Shown here one piece after another: positions 6,865 through 16,654 of a stretch of 32,000 nucleotides of DNA. The notes beneath the pieces are model-generated. The model was not told the origin of the DNA. It worked only from the letters and a program-made list of their open reading frames with translations, and ran no database searches. Within the stretch, counting starts at the first letter, position 1; every line of letters begins with the position of its first letter. Source of the DNA: Candidatus Nitrosopumilus koreensis AR1. Its GTDB lineage: Archaea; Thermoproteota; Nitrososphaeria; Nitrososphaerales; Nitrosopumilaceae. The stretch covers positions 840,001-872,000 of the forward strand of contig NC_018655.1 of assembly GCF_000299365.1 (NCBI RefSeq), in the 5' to 3' direction. Made by a program: the position numbers and the translations under genes.

Positions 6865-8274
6865 ATGTCAGACCTCTGCCTACTTTACAATTTAAATAAT
6901 AAACCAGCAAAATTGTGTCTATGGGTGGACGCCTTTGGAAAGACTCAAGCAAAAATAATACCCCTAGATTTATCTGAAAACCAATTTCAAATTTACAATA
7001 AAATTTCAAGAAATTATTCTCATTCATTTCTCTTTGAATCATTAACAGGGCCAGAAGTACTTGCCGAGACATCTGTAATGGGGTTTGACCCCAAAATAAT
7101 CCTAAAAGGGTATTCAGACAAGGTCGAGATAATTCAAGACGGAAAAACCAAGACAATACAAACTAACGACCCATTTTCAGAACTAAAAAAACTACTTGGA
7201 AGTTCAGATGATCAAAGTTATAGATATCTTGGAGGAGCAGTAGGAGTCGTAAATTACGATGCAATCAGAATGGTAGAAAATATTCCAGACAGACACAAAT
7301 CACCTCAGCCATTAATGGAGTTTGGAATTTATGATGATGGGTTATTGTATGATAATGTACATGAAAAATTGTTTTATTTTTTTCACGACGAAAACAGATT
7401 TGACAAATTAATTATGAATAATGACGAGTTTGGAGAATTCCATTCAAGTGAAGTTACACCAAATATGGATGAATCAAAATTTTCAGAGATTGTAAACAAA
7501 GCAAAAGAATACATCCATGACGGAGACATATTCCAAGTGGTTTTATCTCGCAAATTTGCATTTGACACTAACGGAGACAATCTTACACTTTACAAAACAT
7601 TACGAAAGCTAAATCCATCACCATACATGTATCATCTGAAACAAGACAATAAAACAATCATAGGCGCATCCCCAGAGATGTTGGTAAGGATTACCAATGA
7701 TAAAGTAGAGACATTTCCTATCGCAGGAACTAGAAAAATCACAGACGATGAGGAGAAAAATAAGCAATTAGCAGAGGAATTAATCCACGATGAAAAAGAA
7801 TTAGCAGAACACACAATGCTTGTAGATTTGGGAAGAAATGATATCGGCAGAGTTTGCAAATATGGAACAGTCCATCCAGAATCATTAATGGAGATAAAGA
7901 GATTCAGTCACGTTCAACACATTGTGAGTCATGTAGTAGGCAATTTGGCACCTGAAAATGACATGTTTGATGCATTTCAGGCAGTGTTTCCAGCAGGAAC
8001 AGTGTCAGGAGCACCCAAAGTGAGAGCCATGGAAATCATTGATGAACTGGAAACAGAGGCCAGAGGCCCATATGCAGGGGCAGTAGGATATTTCTCATAC
8101 AATGGATGTTGTGATTTTGCAATTGCAATCAGAAGCATCTTCATTGAAGACGGAAAAGGGTTTGTCCAATCAGGTGCAGGAATTGTTTCAGATTCAATTC
8201 CAGAAAACGAGTTCAAAGAAACAGAGCACAAAGCAGGGGCAATGCTACAAGCACTAAAGGAGGCATCCTCATGA
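6865..8274 (+). CDS. trpE: anthranilate synthase component I
   Basis: Chorismate-binding motifs are present: FLFESL, GDIFQVVLSR, PSPYMY, and the C-terminal GAGIVSDS. The start is moved to ATG 6865 (MSDL...) because the 43-aa upstream extension overlaps the divergent gene and promoter and is not TrpE-like. Confidence 0.9.
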   Translation: MSDLCLLYNLNNKPAKLCLWVDAFGKTQAKIIPLDLSENQFQIYNKISRNYSHSFLFESLTGPEVLAETSVMGFDPKIILKGYSDKVEIIQDGKTKTIQTNDPFSELKKLLGSSDDQSYRYLGGAVGVVNYDAIRMVENIPDRHKSPQPLMEFGIYDDGLLYDNVHEKLFYFFHDENRFDKLIMNNDEFGEFHSSEVTPNMDESKFSEIVNKAKEYIHDGDIFQVVLSRKFAFDTNGDNLTLYKTLRKLNPSPYMYHLKQDNKTIIGASPEMLVRITNDKVETFPIAGTRKITDDEEKNKQLAEELIHDEKELAEHTMLVDLGRNDIGRVCKYGTVHPESLMEIKRFSHVQHIVSHVVGNLAPENDMFDAFQAVFPAGTVSGAPKVRAMEIIDELETEARGPYAGAVGYFSYNGCCDFAIAIRSIFIEDGKGFVQSGAGIVSDSIPENEFKETEHKAGAMLQALKEASS

Positions 8275-8867
8275 AATTTTTAATCATAGACAATTATGAT
8301 TCGTTTGTTTACAACATAGCACAATACTTGGGAGAACTAGGAGTAGATTGTGATGTGATTAGAAATGACAAGATCACCCTAAATGAAATTCAAGAAAAAA
8401 ATTATGATGCAATAATTATTTCTCCAGGTCCAGGAACTCCAGAAGATAAAAAATACTTTGGGGTCTGCAGTGATGTAATCAAAGATATGGGTTCAAACAC
8501 ACCCATACTAGGAGTGTGTCTTGGACATCAAGGAATAATTGACGCATTTGGAGGAAAAGTGACCAATGCAGGATGTGTAAGACATGGAAAAACAAGTCCA
8601 GTAGATCATACTGAATCAAAATTATTCAAAGATGTAAAAAATCCATTTAGAGCAACACGTTATCACAGTCTTGTTGGAGATAAAACAATCATTCCAGAAG
8701 TTCTAAAAGTCACAGCTACTGCATTAGATGACGGAGAAGTTATGGCAATAGAGCACAAAGACTATCTAATTCAAGGAGTGCAATTTCATCCCGAATCAAT
8801 AATGACAGAAGATGGGAAAAAAATCCTTGCAAACTTTATCAATCAAGTAAAGGAGAGGAAAAAATGA
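8271..8867 (+). CDS. trpG: anthranilate synthase component II (glutamine amidotransferase)
   Basis: Class-I GATase motifs GVCLGHQ and QFHPES. The ATGA start/stop overlaps trpE. Confidence 0.95.
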   Translation: MKFLIIDNYDSFVYNIAQYLGELGVDCDVIRNDKITLNEIQEKNYDAIIISPGPGTPEDKKYFGVCSDVIKDMGSNTPILGVCLGHQGIIDAFGGKVTNAGCVRHGKTSPVDHTESKLFKDVKNPFRATRYHSLVGDKTIIPEVLKVTATALDDGEVMAIEHKDYLIQGVQFHPESIMTEDGKKILANFINQVKERKK

Positions 8868-9910
8868 TTTCAGATTTAATTGAGAAACTTCAAAATAAGA
8901 CAGACCTCACGTATGACGAAATAAACCAAGTGATGACAGACGTTCTTTCTGGAAAGACAACTAATTCTGAAAATGCAAATTTCCTATCCAATCTAGCAGA
9001 CAAAGGAGAAACAGATGACGAGTTATTAGGAATGCTTGACAAAATGCAGGAATTCTCATTAAAAATTGAGCCTAAAAATGCTGGAACCATAATTGACATG
9101 TGTGGTACAGGAGGAGACAAGCTCCAGACATTCAACATATCAACTACAGCATCATTTGTAGTAGCTGCTGCGGGAGGAATTGTTGCCAAACACGGGAATC
9201 GTTCAAGTTCAGGGGCATCTGGCAGTGCAGATATTTTTGAGTATTTTGGATATGACTTAAATTTAGAACCACCTCAAATTGCAGAAATTTTAGAAAAACA
9301 CAACATCTGTTTTATGTTTGCACAAAAATTTCATCCTGCAATGAAACATGTCTCTGCAGCAAGAAAACAATTAGGAAAACGAACTGCATTTAATTTACTT
9401 GGCCCATTATCCAATCCAGCTAGAGTAAAAAACCAACTAGTAGGAGTTTTTTCAATAGAATACCTAGACAGATTACCACTAATCTTGAAGAGAAAAGGTG
9501 CAGAAAACATCATGACAGTACGCTCAGATGATGGGATGGATGAATTTTCTACCAGTTCAACTAACAGAGTATGCATTTTAAGAAATGGCAAAGTTTTGAT
9601 GAATGCAATTGATCCAGAAGTTGTAGGATTACACAAATCATCATTAAAAGACATTCAAATCAAAACCAAAGAAGATGCGATAAAGTCGTTTGTGAATGTT
9701 CTAAACAATACTGCAAATCAAGCAATGATCGAGACAACTGCACTTAATGCAGCAGGAGGATTAATTGTTGCAGACATTTCAAGTAATTTTGAAGAAGCAG
9801 TGGAGCTTGCATTAAACACAATTAAAGATGGTAAAGCATTCTCACTATTAGAGAAATTTGTACAAGATACAGGGGACATTACCAAGTTAAAGGAGATTAT
9901 AGATGGCTGA
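8864..9910 (+). CDS. trpD: anthranilate phosphoribosyltransferase
   Basis: GTGGDKLQTFNIST and AKHGNRSSSG motifs. ATGA overlap with trpG. Confidence 0.95.
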   Translation: MISDLIEKLQNKTDLTYDEINQVMTDVLSGKTTNSENANFLSNLADKGETDDELLGMLDKMQEFSLKIEPKNAGTIIDMCGTGGDKLQTFNISTTASFVVAAAGGIVAKHGNRSSSGASGSADIFEYFGYDLNLEPPQIAEILEKHNICFMFAQKFHPAMKHVSAARKQLGKRTAFNLLGPLSNPARVKNQLVGVFSIEYLDRLPLILKRKGAENIMTVRSDDGMDEFSTSSTNRVCILRNGKVLMNAIDPEVVGLHKSSLKDIQIKTKEDAIKSFVNVLNNTANQAMIETTALNAAGGLIVADISSNFEEAVELALNTIKDGKAFSLLEKFVQDTGDITKLKEIIDG

Positions 9911-10679
9911 AAATATTCTTAGAAAACTGGTAAACAACTCACAAATGGCAATTAATGATGGGGTTTATGAAATAGAATCTAATTTGGAAAAATCAAACAA
10001 AGACTTTATTCAAATTATTAAGACAAATGGACATGCACCTCTGATTACAGAAATAAAATTTGCATCACCTTCCCTAGGTAAAATCCGCACACTCACTGAT
10101 CCTGTAAGCATTGCATCCCAAATGATAGCAGGAGGTTCAAAAGCACTATCGGTGTTGACGCAACCACACTTGTTTAATGGATCCCCCGAGTATTTTATGA
10201 AAGTAAGACAAGCAGTGGATGTTCCAATGTTAATGAAAGACATCATGATTGACAAAATTCAGATAGATGCCGCAAAAAAAATTGGAGCAGACTTTATGTT
10301 AGTAATTCAATCATTGTTTGATCAAAAGTATCTAAAAGACATTGATGATTTTATCGCATATGGTCACAAACAAGGACTGCAAATTCTTTTGGAAGTACAT
10401 ACAAAACAAGAATTTGAAAATGCCCTAAAAACACAAGCAGACTTAATTGGAATTAACAATAGAAATCTAGATACACTAGAAATCAATCTAAAGACTACTG
10501 AAGACATCTTGTCAGGAATTGAAAAAACAAGACCCATTTTATCTGAAAGCGGGATAGACACACCTGAAGACATACAATATCTAAAAAAGTGTGGAGCAGA
10601 CGCATTTCTAATAGGATCAAGCATAATGAAAAGTGAGAACATTGAAGAACAAGTAAGAAAATTGGTGAATGCGTATTGA
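9903..10679 (+). CDS. trpC: indole-3-glycerol-phosphate synthase (stand-alone, no TrpF domain)
   Basis: 258 aa with TIM-barrel IGPS motifs ([32 protein letters not shown]). 8-nt overlap with trpD. Confidence 0.9.
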   Translation: MAENILRKLVNNSQMAINDGVYEIESNLEKSNKDFIQIIKTNGHAPLITEIKFASPSLGKIRTLTDPVSIASQMIAGGSKALSVLTQPHLFNGSPEYFMKVRQAVDVPMLMKDIMIDKIQIDAAKKIGADFMLVIQSLFDQKYLKDIDDFIAYGHKQGLQILLEVHTKQEFENALKTQADLIGINNRNLDTLEINLKTTEDILSGIEKTRPILSESGIDTPEDIQYLKKCGADAFLIGSSIMKSENIEEQVRKLVNAY

Positions 10680-11863
10680 AATATCCAAAAAATGGTAGGT
10701 TCGGAGAATTTGGTGGAAAATACATTCCAGAAACTCTAGTTCCAGCAATTGAAGAATTAGAAGAAAATTACCTAAAATTCAAAAATGATAAAAGTTTCAA
10801 AAAGGAATTAGACTATTATCTCAAAGTTTACGCAGGACGTCCAACGCCACTTTACTATGCAAAAAATCTATCAGAGAAGCTCGGAGGCGCAAAAATCTAT
10901 CTAAAAAGAGAAGACCTTCTACATGGAGGAGCTCACAAAATAAACAACACATTAGGTCAAGCACTTCTTGCAAAAAAAATGAAGAAAAAAAGAATCATTG
11001 CAGAGACAGGTGCAGGCCAACACGGAGTTGCAACTGCCATGGCATGTGCAGCATTAGGTATGAAGGCAGAAGTGTATATGGGATACAAAGATACTATCAG
11101 ACAAAAACTAAACGTATTTCGAATGAATCTACTTGGATCAAAGGTCCACCCAGTCAAATCAGGCTCAAAAACACTCAAGGATGCAATCAATGAGGCAATT
11201 AGGGATTGGATTACAAATGTAGAAACCACGTATTATCTACTGGGTTCGGCAGTAGGACCACACCCATATCCTGTCATGGTCAGAGATTTTCAAAGTGTAA
11301 TTGGAAATGAAATAAAATTACAAATGAAAAAACTAAACAAAACACCAGACAGTGTAATAGCATGTGTTGGTGGAGGTTCAAATGCTATTGGAACATTCTA
11401 CCCACTAGTAGATACAAATGCAGAAATTATTGGAGTAGAAGCTGCAGGTCATGGATTAAAATCAAAAAAACATTCTGCAACATTATCTGCTGGAAGCAAA
11501 GGTGTACTTCATGGAATGATGACATATCTACTTCAAAACAAAGAAGGACAGATTACAGAAACGCATAGTATTTCAGCTGGACTTGATTATCCAGGTGTAG
11601 GACCTGAGCATTCTTACTTTAAAGACACTAAACGAGTAAAATATCATTCAGCTACTGATACAGAGGTAATTGATGCATTTTTGATGCTAACTAGAACAGA
11701 AGGAATCATTCCAGCACTAGAATCAGCTCATGCAATTGCCGAAGCAATCAAAGTTGCAAGAAAAAGCAAAAAATCCGAATCAATCGTGGTAACACTTTCA
11801 GGCAGAGGAGACAAAGACGTAGAAGAAGTACAAAACTATATGAGTAAAAATGTCAAAGATTGA
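10676..11863 (+). CDS. trpB: tryptophan synthase beta chain
   Basis: [15 protein letters not shown] at the N-terminus, HGGAHKINN (PLP lysine) and GGGSNA. The TTG start is embedded in TTGA, overlapping the trpC stop. There is no in-frame ATG before the conserved N-terminus. Confidence 0.95.
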   Translation: MKYPKNGRFGEFGGKYIPETLVPAIEELEENYLKFKNDKSFKKELDYYLKVYAGRPTPLYYAKNLSEKLGGAKIYLKREDLLHGGAHKINNTLGQALLAKKMKKKRIIAETGAGQHGVATAMACAALGMKAEVYMGYKDTIRQKLNVFRMNLLGSKVHPVKSGSKTLKDAINEAIRDWITNVETTYYLLGSAVGPHPYPVMVRDFQSVIGNEIKLQMKKLNKTPDSVIACVGGGSNAIGTFYPLVDTNAEIIGVEAAGHGLKSKKHSATLSAGSKGVLHGMMTYLLQNKEGQITETHSISAGLDYPGVGPEHSYFKDTKRVKYHSATDTEVIDAFLMLTRTEGIIPALESAHAIAEAIKVARKSKKSESIVVTLSGRGDKDVEEVQNYMSKNVKD

Positions 11864-12668
11864 AGAAAAATTTTCAGAGTTAAAAGAAAAAAAGCAAAAA
11901 GCTTTGATTTCATACATAATGGCAGGATTTCCAAATGAAAAAGCAACCATATCGGTTGTAAGAGGATTGGTAAAAGGAGGAGTAGACATCATAGAATTGG
12001 GATTTCCTTTCTCAGATCCACTGGCAGATGGTCCAGTTATTCAAAATGCAAGTACCATATCTCTTGATGGAGGCACGAAGATAAACAAATTTTTTTCACT
12101 AGTGAAAAAAATCAGAAAAGAGACAGACATACCACTTGTATTGATGACATATACCAACATCCTATACCATAGAGGGTATTCAAAATTCATCACAGATGCA
12201 AAAAAGGCAGGGATTGACGGATTCATTCTTCCAGACATGTCAGTAGAAGAGTCAAAAGAATATCTTCAAGCTGCTAAAAATATTGCAGATACCATATTTC
12301 TGATATCACCCAATACCAGTAAAACAAGAATTCAAAAAATTGTAAAAGCATCATCAGGTTTCTTGTATCTAGTTGCAGTGTATGGAACCACCGGAGTAAA
12401 AACAGGAATTAAAAATTATACAATAAAGGCAATCAAAAATGTCAAAAAACAAACCAAAGGAAAGATTCCAATAGGAGTTGGTTTTGGGGTATCGACTCCA
12501 GAAGACGTAAAGAAATACATCAACGCAGGAGCTGACGGAGTAATTGTCGGAAGTGCATATTTGAAATTAATTGAAAAGACACCTCAAAGCAAATTAGAGT
12601 CTAAAATAGAATCATTTACAAGATCTCTGAAAAGACAAACATTGCAGAAAAAAATAAGAACCGTCTAA
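11850..12668 (+). CDS. trpA: tryptophan synthase alpha chain
   Basis: [17 protein letters not shown] and GFGVSTPE motifs. 14-nt overlap with trpB. Confidence 0.95.
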   Translation: MSKIEEKFSELKEKKQKALISYIMAGFPNEKATISVVRGLVKGGVDIIELGFPFSDPLADGPVIQNASTISLDGGTKINKFFSLVKKIRKETDIPLVLMTYTNILYHRGYSKFITDAKKAGIDGFILPDMSVEESKEYLQAAKNIADTIFLISPNTSKTRIQKIVKASSGFLYLVAVYGTTGVKTGIKNYTIKAIKNVKKQTKGKIPIGVGFGVSTPEDVKKYINAGADGVIVGSAYLKLIEKTPQSKLESKIESFTRSLKRQTLQKKIRTV

Positions 12669-12813
12669 GTAAGGTGGCCAAGTTTACAAACTGGCATTGA
12701 GGGGAAACTCGATTTCAGTTATGACCACCTACTAGATGTTCTCACCATATTATAATAAAAGAAAAATAAAAAATTCGTGTTATCAAAAACTAAAAGTTGT
12801 TCAAAAATCAAGA

Positions 12814-12822
12814 TTTTTTTTT
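12814..12822 (+). terminator. oligo-T tract (T9), candidate archaeal terminator for the trp operon
   Basis: This is the only long T run between the trpA stop and the next gene. Archaeal RNAP terminates at oligo-T. It lies about 150 nt downstream of the stop, so the assignment is weak. Confidence 0.3.
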
Positions 12823-13003
12823 ACAGCTGTATAGTTTTGGAAATAAAGTTATTTTTCATCAGATTCATCTGGCTCATTTGCCTTATCTCTCACTTTTTTC
12901 ATAACACAGAATTTTGCAAGAGTTTTCCTAAATCCCATAAAATACACACGTAATCAGGTAACTTAAGCATATTGATAGAATCTAATCAAAACCATAATCA
13001 AAA

Positions 13004-13117
13004 CTAGTTTATTTTTTGAATATCCTGACCACAATGAATGCAGAAAAATGACCCATTTTTGGACCAATAATGATTACAATCTGAATCAGTCATAGGACTT
13101 GATGGATATTTAGGCAT
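13004..13117 (-). CDS. putative 37-aa Cys/His mini-protein
   Basis: Hand translation: MPKYPSSPMTDSDCNHYWSKNGSFFCIHCGQDIQKIN, with C-x-H ... C-x2-C. Confidence 0.35.
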   Translation of the reverse strand: MPKYPSSPMTDSDCNHYWSKNGSFFCIHCGQDIQKIN

Positions 13118-13183
13118 AAGAGAAAGGTTGTTCAAAACTTACAACACCATAAAGAAAAGATTTGATCTAATCCAATCCAACAA

Positions 13184-13870
13184 TTAAGAAATTTTAGTCA
13201 GTTTTTCATCCAAAGCGTTGACCTGGGTCATCAGGTTTTTTACAATGGTACCAATTTCATCAGTCTTGTTTTCTTTTGGTTTGTCTGTAGCGTCTGCCCA
13301 ATCCATCATTGCACCAAATATTGCCTTAACTTGTAATGAATTATCATATAGACCGTCTATGGAGATTTGTTTTTTCTTATTTGCATCGTTGGGATGAATT
13401 AGCAAATGCCCGTCTTTTAAAATAAGATATTTTTGATACACAACAGCATCTGCAAAATCAGCCAAAAACAAACCCCTAATTGCATTTTTTAGTTTTGGGT
13501 TGTATTGCATTTTGTTACAAGTCTTTTTGAGCATTTGACTTAGTGTTGTGTTTTCATCAAAACCACCTTTTAGTTGTGCAAAATCAACAATAATTTTTAA
13601 AAATTTTTCAAATACTTTAATGTGTGAATTAATGTAACATAACATAGAATACACTGCAAAAAATATCACTTCATCATGTTTTATTTCAAAGTCATCCAGT
13701 TTTCGTATAATTTCAGAAAATGAACGTGAAAATATTCTTTCAAAATTAATGAAATTCAGAAAGAATTTTTCATCATAATATTCATAATTAAAATGACATA
13801 GGCCTTTTTTTTCAATGTCATTGAGGATGACCATTGTAGCCTTGTAGTTGGGATCAGCGTTATGTGTCAC
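13184..13870 (-). CDS. hypothetical protein (228 aa from GTG 13870; 216 aa from ATG 13834)
   Basis: Long ORF with no competing frame, mostly helical, with a C-terminal coiled tail. LKNAIRG weakly recalls a degenerate HEPN R-x4-6-H box but lacks the R/H pair. No confident domain. Confidence 0.7.
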   Translation of the reverse strand: MTHNADPNYKATMVILNDIEKKGLCHFNYEYYDEKFFLNFINFERIFSRSFSEIIRKLDDFEIKHDEVIFFAVYSMLCYINSHIKVFEKFLKIIVDFAQLKGGFDENTTLSQMLKKTCNKMQYNPKLKNAIRGLFLADFADAVVYQKYLILKDGHLLIHPNDANKKKQISIDGLYDNSLQVKAIFGAMMDWADATDKPKENKTDEIGTIVKNLMTQVNALDEKLTKIS

Positions 13871-13907
13871 AGAATGTATGAATTTTGTACGAACTTAAGT
13901 TTTTGAT

Positions 13908-14087
13908 TTACATCAAACGTTCATTTTTTAGTTTCTGTTTATTTCGATAAACGATCAGATGGTAATTGATGATTTGTTTTAGTTTTTCTTCTATTGTTAA
14001 ATTATCATCGGTTGCAATACTTAGAAATCCAAAATAATCATCATCGTTTAGTTTGAGGCGAATCTCTCTCACCAGATATGTTGGCAT
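13908..14087 (-). CDS. putative ribbon-helix-helix (CopG/antitoxin-like) protein, 59 aa
   Basis: Hand translation: MPTYLVREIRLKLNDDDYFGFLSIATDDNLTIEEKLKQIINYHLIVYRNKQKLKNERLM. It shows a strand (IRLKL), helix (YFGFLSIA), helix (TIEEKLKQIINYHL) pattern. It sits 37 nt upstream of the 228-aa ORF on the same strand and is 1 aa below the track cut-off. Confidence 0.5.
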   Translation of the reverse strand: MPTYLVREIRLKLNDDDYFGFLSIATDDNLTIEEKLKQIINYHLIVYRNKQKLKNERLM

Positions 14088-14127
14088 AATTGAGCCTAAA
14101 AGAGAGGGTTATTGTAAAAACAGGCCC

Positions 14128-14967
14128 TTATCTCATAGCAATCAAACTAGTCTTTTTTGATAAAATTATGGTTGAGACTATAGAGACTGCAAGAATTAGC
14201 AAAGCAATGCTTTCAAACTCAGGAATCACATAAGACCCCATAATTTTAATTTCTCTAGAGTGAGGTTCCAAAGGGATTGTCAGTCGAGTAACAGTGTTAC
14301 CGCTTATGCTTGAATCAGATTCAAATTCTGTCATTTTTCCATCAATCCAGACAGATATAGGATTTTCAATTAATCCATTGGGCAAAGTTAGTACGATTTG
14401 TTCATTATTGGTATTGCCAGAAATTGTAAATGTCAATGTTCTTTCATCAGGGTTAACATGGACAGCATTTGACAAATAGACATCTAAAAAGTATTTTACT
14501 TCAAAACCAAGCCCGTCATCACTAAAACCTGATGCAACGCCATCTATTGATTTAACACTGCCAGGATCATTTATGACATGAACCACACCATTCATCCAAG
14601 GATGGATGCTGCAATAATAGTAAAAATCACCTAGTTTGTTAAATTGTTGTGTGTAAGCCTTTCCAGGAGAGAAAAATCCACTATCAAATAACCCGTCTTC
14701 TTCAAAATCACCTGTTTCAATACTTGATGCAGAAACAGACGTTACAGTGTGAAATGCAGTATCAGCATTAGACCATGTTACTGAATCGCCTGGAAAAACA
14801 GTAATCTCACCAGTAGTTACACCGGTATCTTTTTGAGACCAAAAATAAGGAAAATTCTCATCAGATGCACCTGAAGGAATTTTTATTTCATAACTTTCAG
14901 CAAAAGCAAAACCAGTGCCAGTTACCAATACTGCAAGTAAAGGTAATACGGCAAATGCAAGTTTCAT
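14128..14967 (-). CDS. membrane-anchored blue (type 1) copper protein, plastocyanin/cupredoxin-like
   Basis: Signal peptide MKLAFAVLPLLAVLVTGTGFAFA. Cu ligands: His in AFHTVTS and C-x2-H-x2-M in YYCSIHPWM. An extra roughly 100-aa domain and a C-terminal TM helix (IALLILAVSIVSTIIL) follow. Confidence 0.85.
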   Translation of the reverse strand: MKLAFAVLPLLAVLVTGTGFAFAESYEIKIPSGASDENFPYFWSQKDTGVTTGEITVFPGDSVTWSNADTAFHTVTSVSASSIETGDFEEDGLFDSGFFSPGKAYTQQFNKLGDFYYYCSIHPWMNGVVHVINDPGSVKSIDGVASGFSDDGLGFEVKYFLDVYLSNAVHVNPDERTLTFTISGNTNNEQIVLTLPNGLIENPISVWIDGKMTEFESDSSISGNTVTRLTIPLEPHSREIKIMGSYVIPEFESIALLILAVSIVSTIILSKKTSLIAMR

Positions 14968-15048
14968 GAATGTTTAATCTAATTGGTTGTATTTCAACCA
15001 CACCATGATCGACAAAACATACAAAAACCAGATACTCGTTTCATTAAT

Positions 15049-16650
15049 GTGCAGACGAAGTTTATTTTTGTCACAGGTGGTGTGATGTCTGGCCTTGGAA
15101 AAGGCGTAACAACTTCCTCGATTGCAAAATTACTACAGTTAGCAGACCAAAAAGTATCATGTATCAAAATAGACCCATATCTGAATTATGACGCAGGAAC
15201 CATGAATCCAGTAGCCCACGGAGAGGTGTTTGTCACAGATGACGGAGGGGAATGCGATATGGACATAGGAAACTATGAGAGATTCCTAAATCAAGACATT
15301 CCAAAAAGTCACAACATTACAACTGCCCAAGTTTACTCCTCAGTAATAGAGGCAGAAAGAAAAGGAGAATATTTGGGAGCATGTGTTCAAATTATCCCAC
15401 ATGTAACTGATGAGATCAAAAACAGGATTAGAAAAATTGCTGAAGATGAAAAACTAGATTTCTTAATTGTTGAATGTGGAGGCACTGTAGGAGATATTGA
15501 ATCATTACCATTTCTAGAAGCATTAAGACAGATGAGGGTAGAAGAAGGGCCCCAAGGTGTGATCTTTGTACATGTAACATTAGCTCCCTCACTGGATGTG
15601 GTAGGAGAACAAAAAACAAAACCAACTCAACACAGTGCACAAGAATTAAGAAGAATTGGTATTCAACCAGATTTTTTGGCAGTTAGATGTACTTTACCAT
15701 TAGAAGAAAAAACTAAAAAGAAAATTGCAATGTTTACAAATGTAACTGCCAAAGATGTTCTATCGTGTCATGATGCAAAATCAATTTTTGAAGTACCACA
15801 AATGCTCTATGATCAAGGAATCATGGATTCCATATTTACAAAATTTGGAATAGTAGGTATGGTCAACGCATCAGCAAACTGGGACAAGTGGAATAAAATT
15901 GCACAAAACATGGTAAATCATGAAGACCAAAAAGTAAAGATTGTAATGGTGGGAAAATACGTGACACTAACAGATAGTTATGTTAGCGTAAATCATGCAT
16001 TAAAACATGCAAGTGCACAAATTGGGAAATCAGTAGACATAGATTGGATTGATTCAGAATCAATTACAGATTATTCTATTTTATCAAATTATGATGGAAT
16101 CCTAGTCCCAGGAGGATTTGGTGCTAGAGGTTCTGAAGGAATTATTCAAACTGCAAACTATGCACGTGAAAACAACATACCATATCTTGGCATTTGTTTT
16201 GGATTCCAATTAGCCGCAATAGCATTTGGAAGAAATGTTTTGAAATTAGAAGATGCAAATTCTACTGAAATCAAACCGGATACAAAAAATCCAATAGTAG
16301 ATTTGCTACCAGAACAAAAAGACATCTCAGATATGGGAGGTTCTTTGAGATTAGGGGCCAATGACGTCATAATCAAAGAAAACACAAATGCTCAAAAAAT
16401 CTATGGTCAGACAACAATCAGTAAACGTCATAGACACAGATATGAGATCAACAAAGACTATATTCCAGAATTTGAGAAAAATGGGTTGATATTTTCAGCA
16501 GACAGTGATAACGGCAAAAGAATGGAGATGTTAGAGATTCCTAATCACAAATTCTACATAGGGGTACAATTTCATCCTGAGTTCAATAGCAGACCAGGAT
16601 TTCCTGAAGAAGTATTTTCAGCTTTTATCAAAGCAGCATCTGAAAAGTAA
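15049..16650 (+). CDS. pyrG: CTP synthase
   Basis: [17 protein letters not shown]-terminus, a GATase domain with GICFGFQ and QFHPEF. The start is set at in-frame GTG 15049, which gives the canonical N-terminus. The track's TTG at 14983 would add 22 non-conserved residues. Confidence 0.95.
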   Translation: MQTKFIFVTGGVMSGLGKGVTTSSIAKLLQLADQKVSCIKIDPYLNYDAGTMNPVAHGEVFVTDDGGECDMDIGNYERFLNQDIPKSHNITTAQVYSSVIEAERKGEYLGACVQIIPHVTDEIKNRIRKIAEDEKLDFLIVECGGTVGDIESLPFLEALRQMRVEEGPQGVIFVHVTLAPSLDVVGEQKTKPTQHSAQELRRIGIQPDFLAVRCTLPLEEKTKKKIAMFTNVTAKDVLSCHDAKSIFEVPQMLYDQGIMDSIFTKFGIVGMVNASANWDKWNKIAQNMVNHEDQKVKIVMVGKYVTLTDSYVSVNHALKHASAQIGKSVDIDWIDSESITDYSILSNYDGILVPGGFGARGSEGIIQTANYARENNIPYLGICFGFQLAAIAFGRNVLKLEDANSTEIKPDTKNPIVDLLPEQKDISDMGGSLRLGANDVIIKENTNAQKIYGQTTISKRHRHRYEINKDYIPEFEKNGLIFSADSDNGKRMEMLEIPNHKFYIGVQFHPEFNSRPGFPEEVFSAFIKAASEK

Positions 16651-16654
16651 TCAA

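Noticed and set aside
6854-12238. Antisense and off-frame ORFs inside the trp genes (e.g. 6854..7156, 7383..7580, 7632..7859, 7977..8231, 8890..9189, 9331..9654, 10010..10255, 10364..10642, 10495..10725, 10957..11229, 11362..11568, 11798..11992, 12041..12238)
   Set aside because: All lie within confidently identified trp coding regions and have Ser/Phe/Ile-rich shadow composition.
12672-12730. tRNA or split-tRNA gene
   Set aside because: It is only about 57-59 nt, has no T-loop (GTTCRA) or D-loop consensus, and its acceptor-like stem is interrupted.
12849-12938. 29-aa minus-strand ORF (MGFRKTLAKFCVMKKVRDKANEPDESDEK) and the 26-aa ORF at 462..542
   Set aside because: They are too short, have no motif and no coupling to neighbours, and cannot be distinguished from chance.
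14983-15048. TTG start at 14983 for pyrG
   Set aside because: It adds 22 non-conserved residues. In-frame GTG 15049 yields the canonical (M)[12 protein letters not shown]-terminus.
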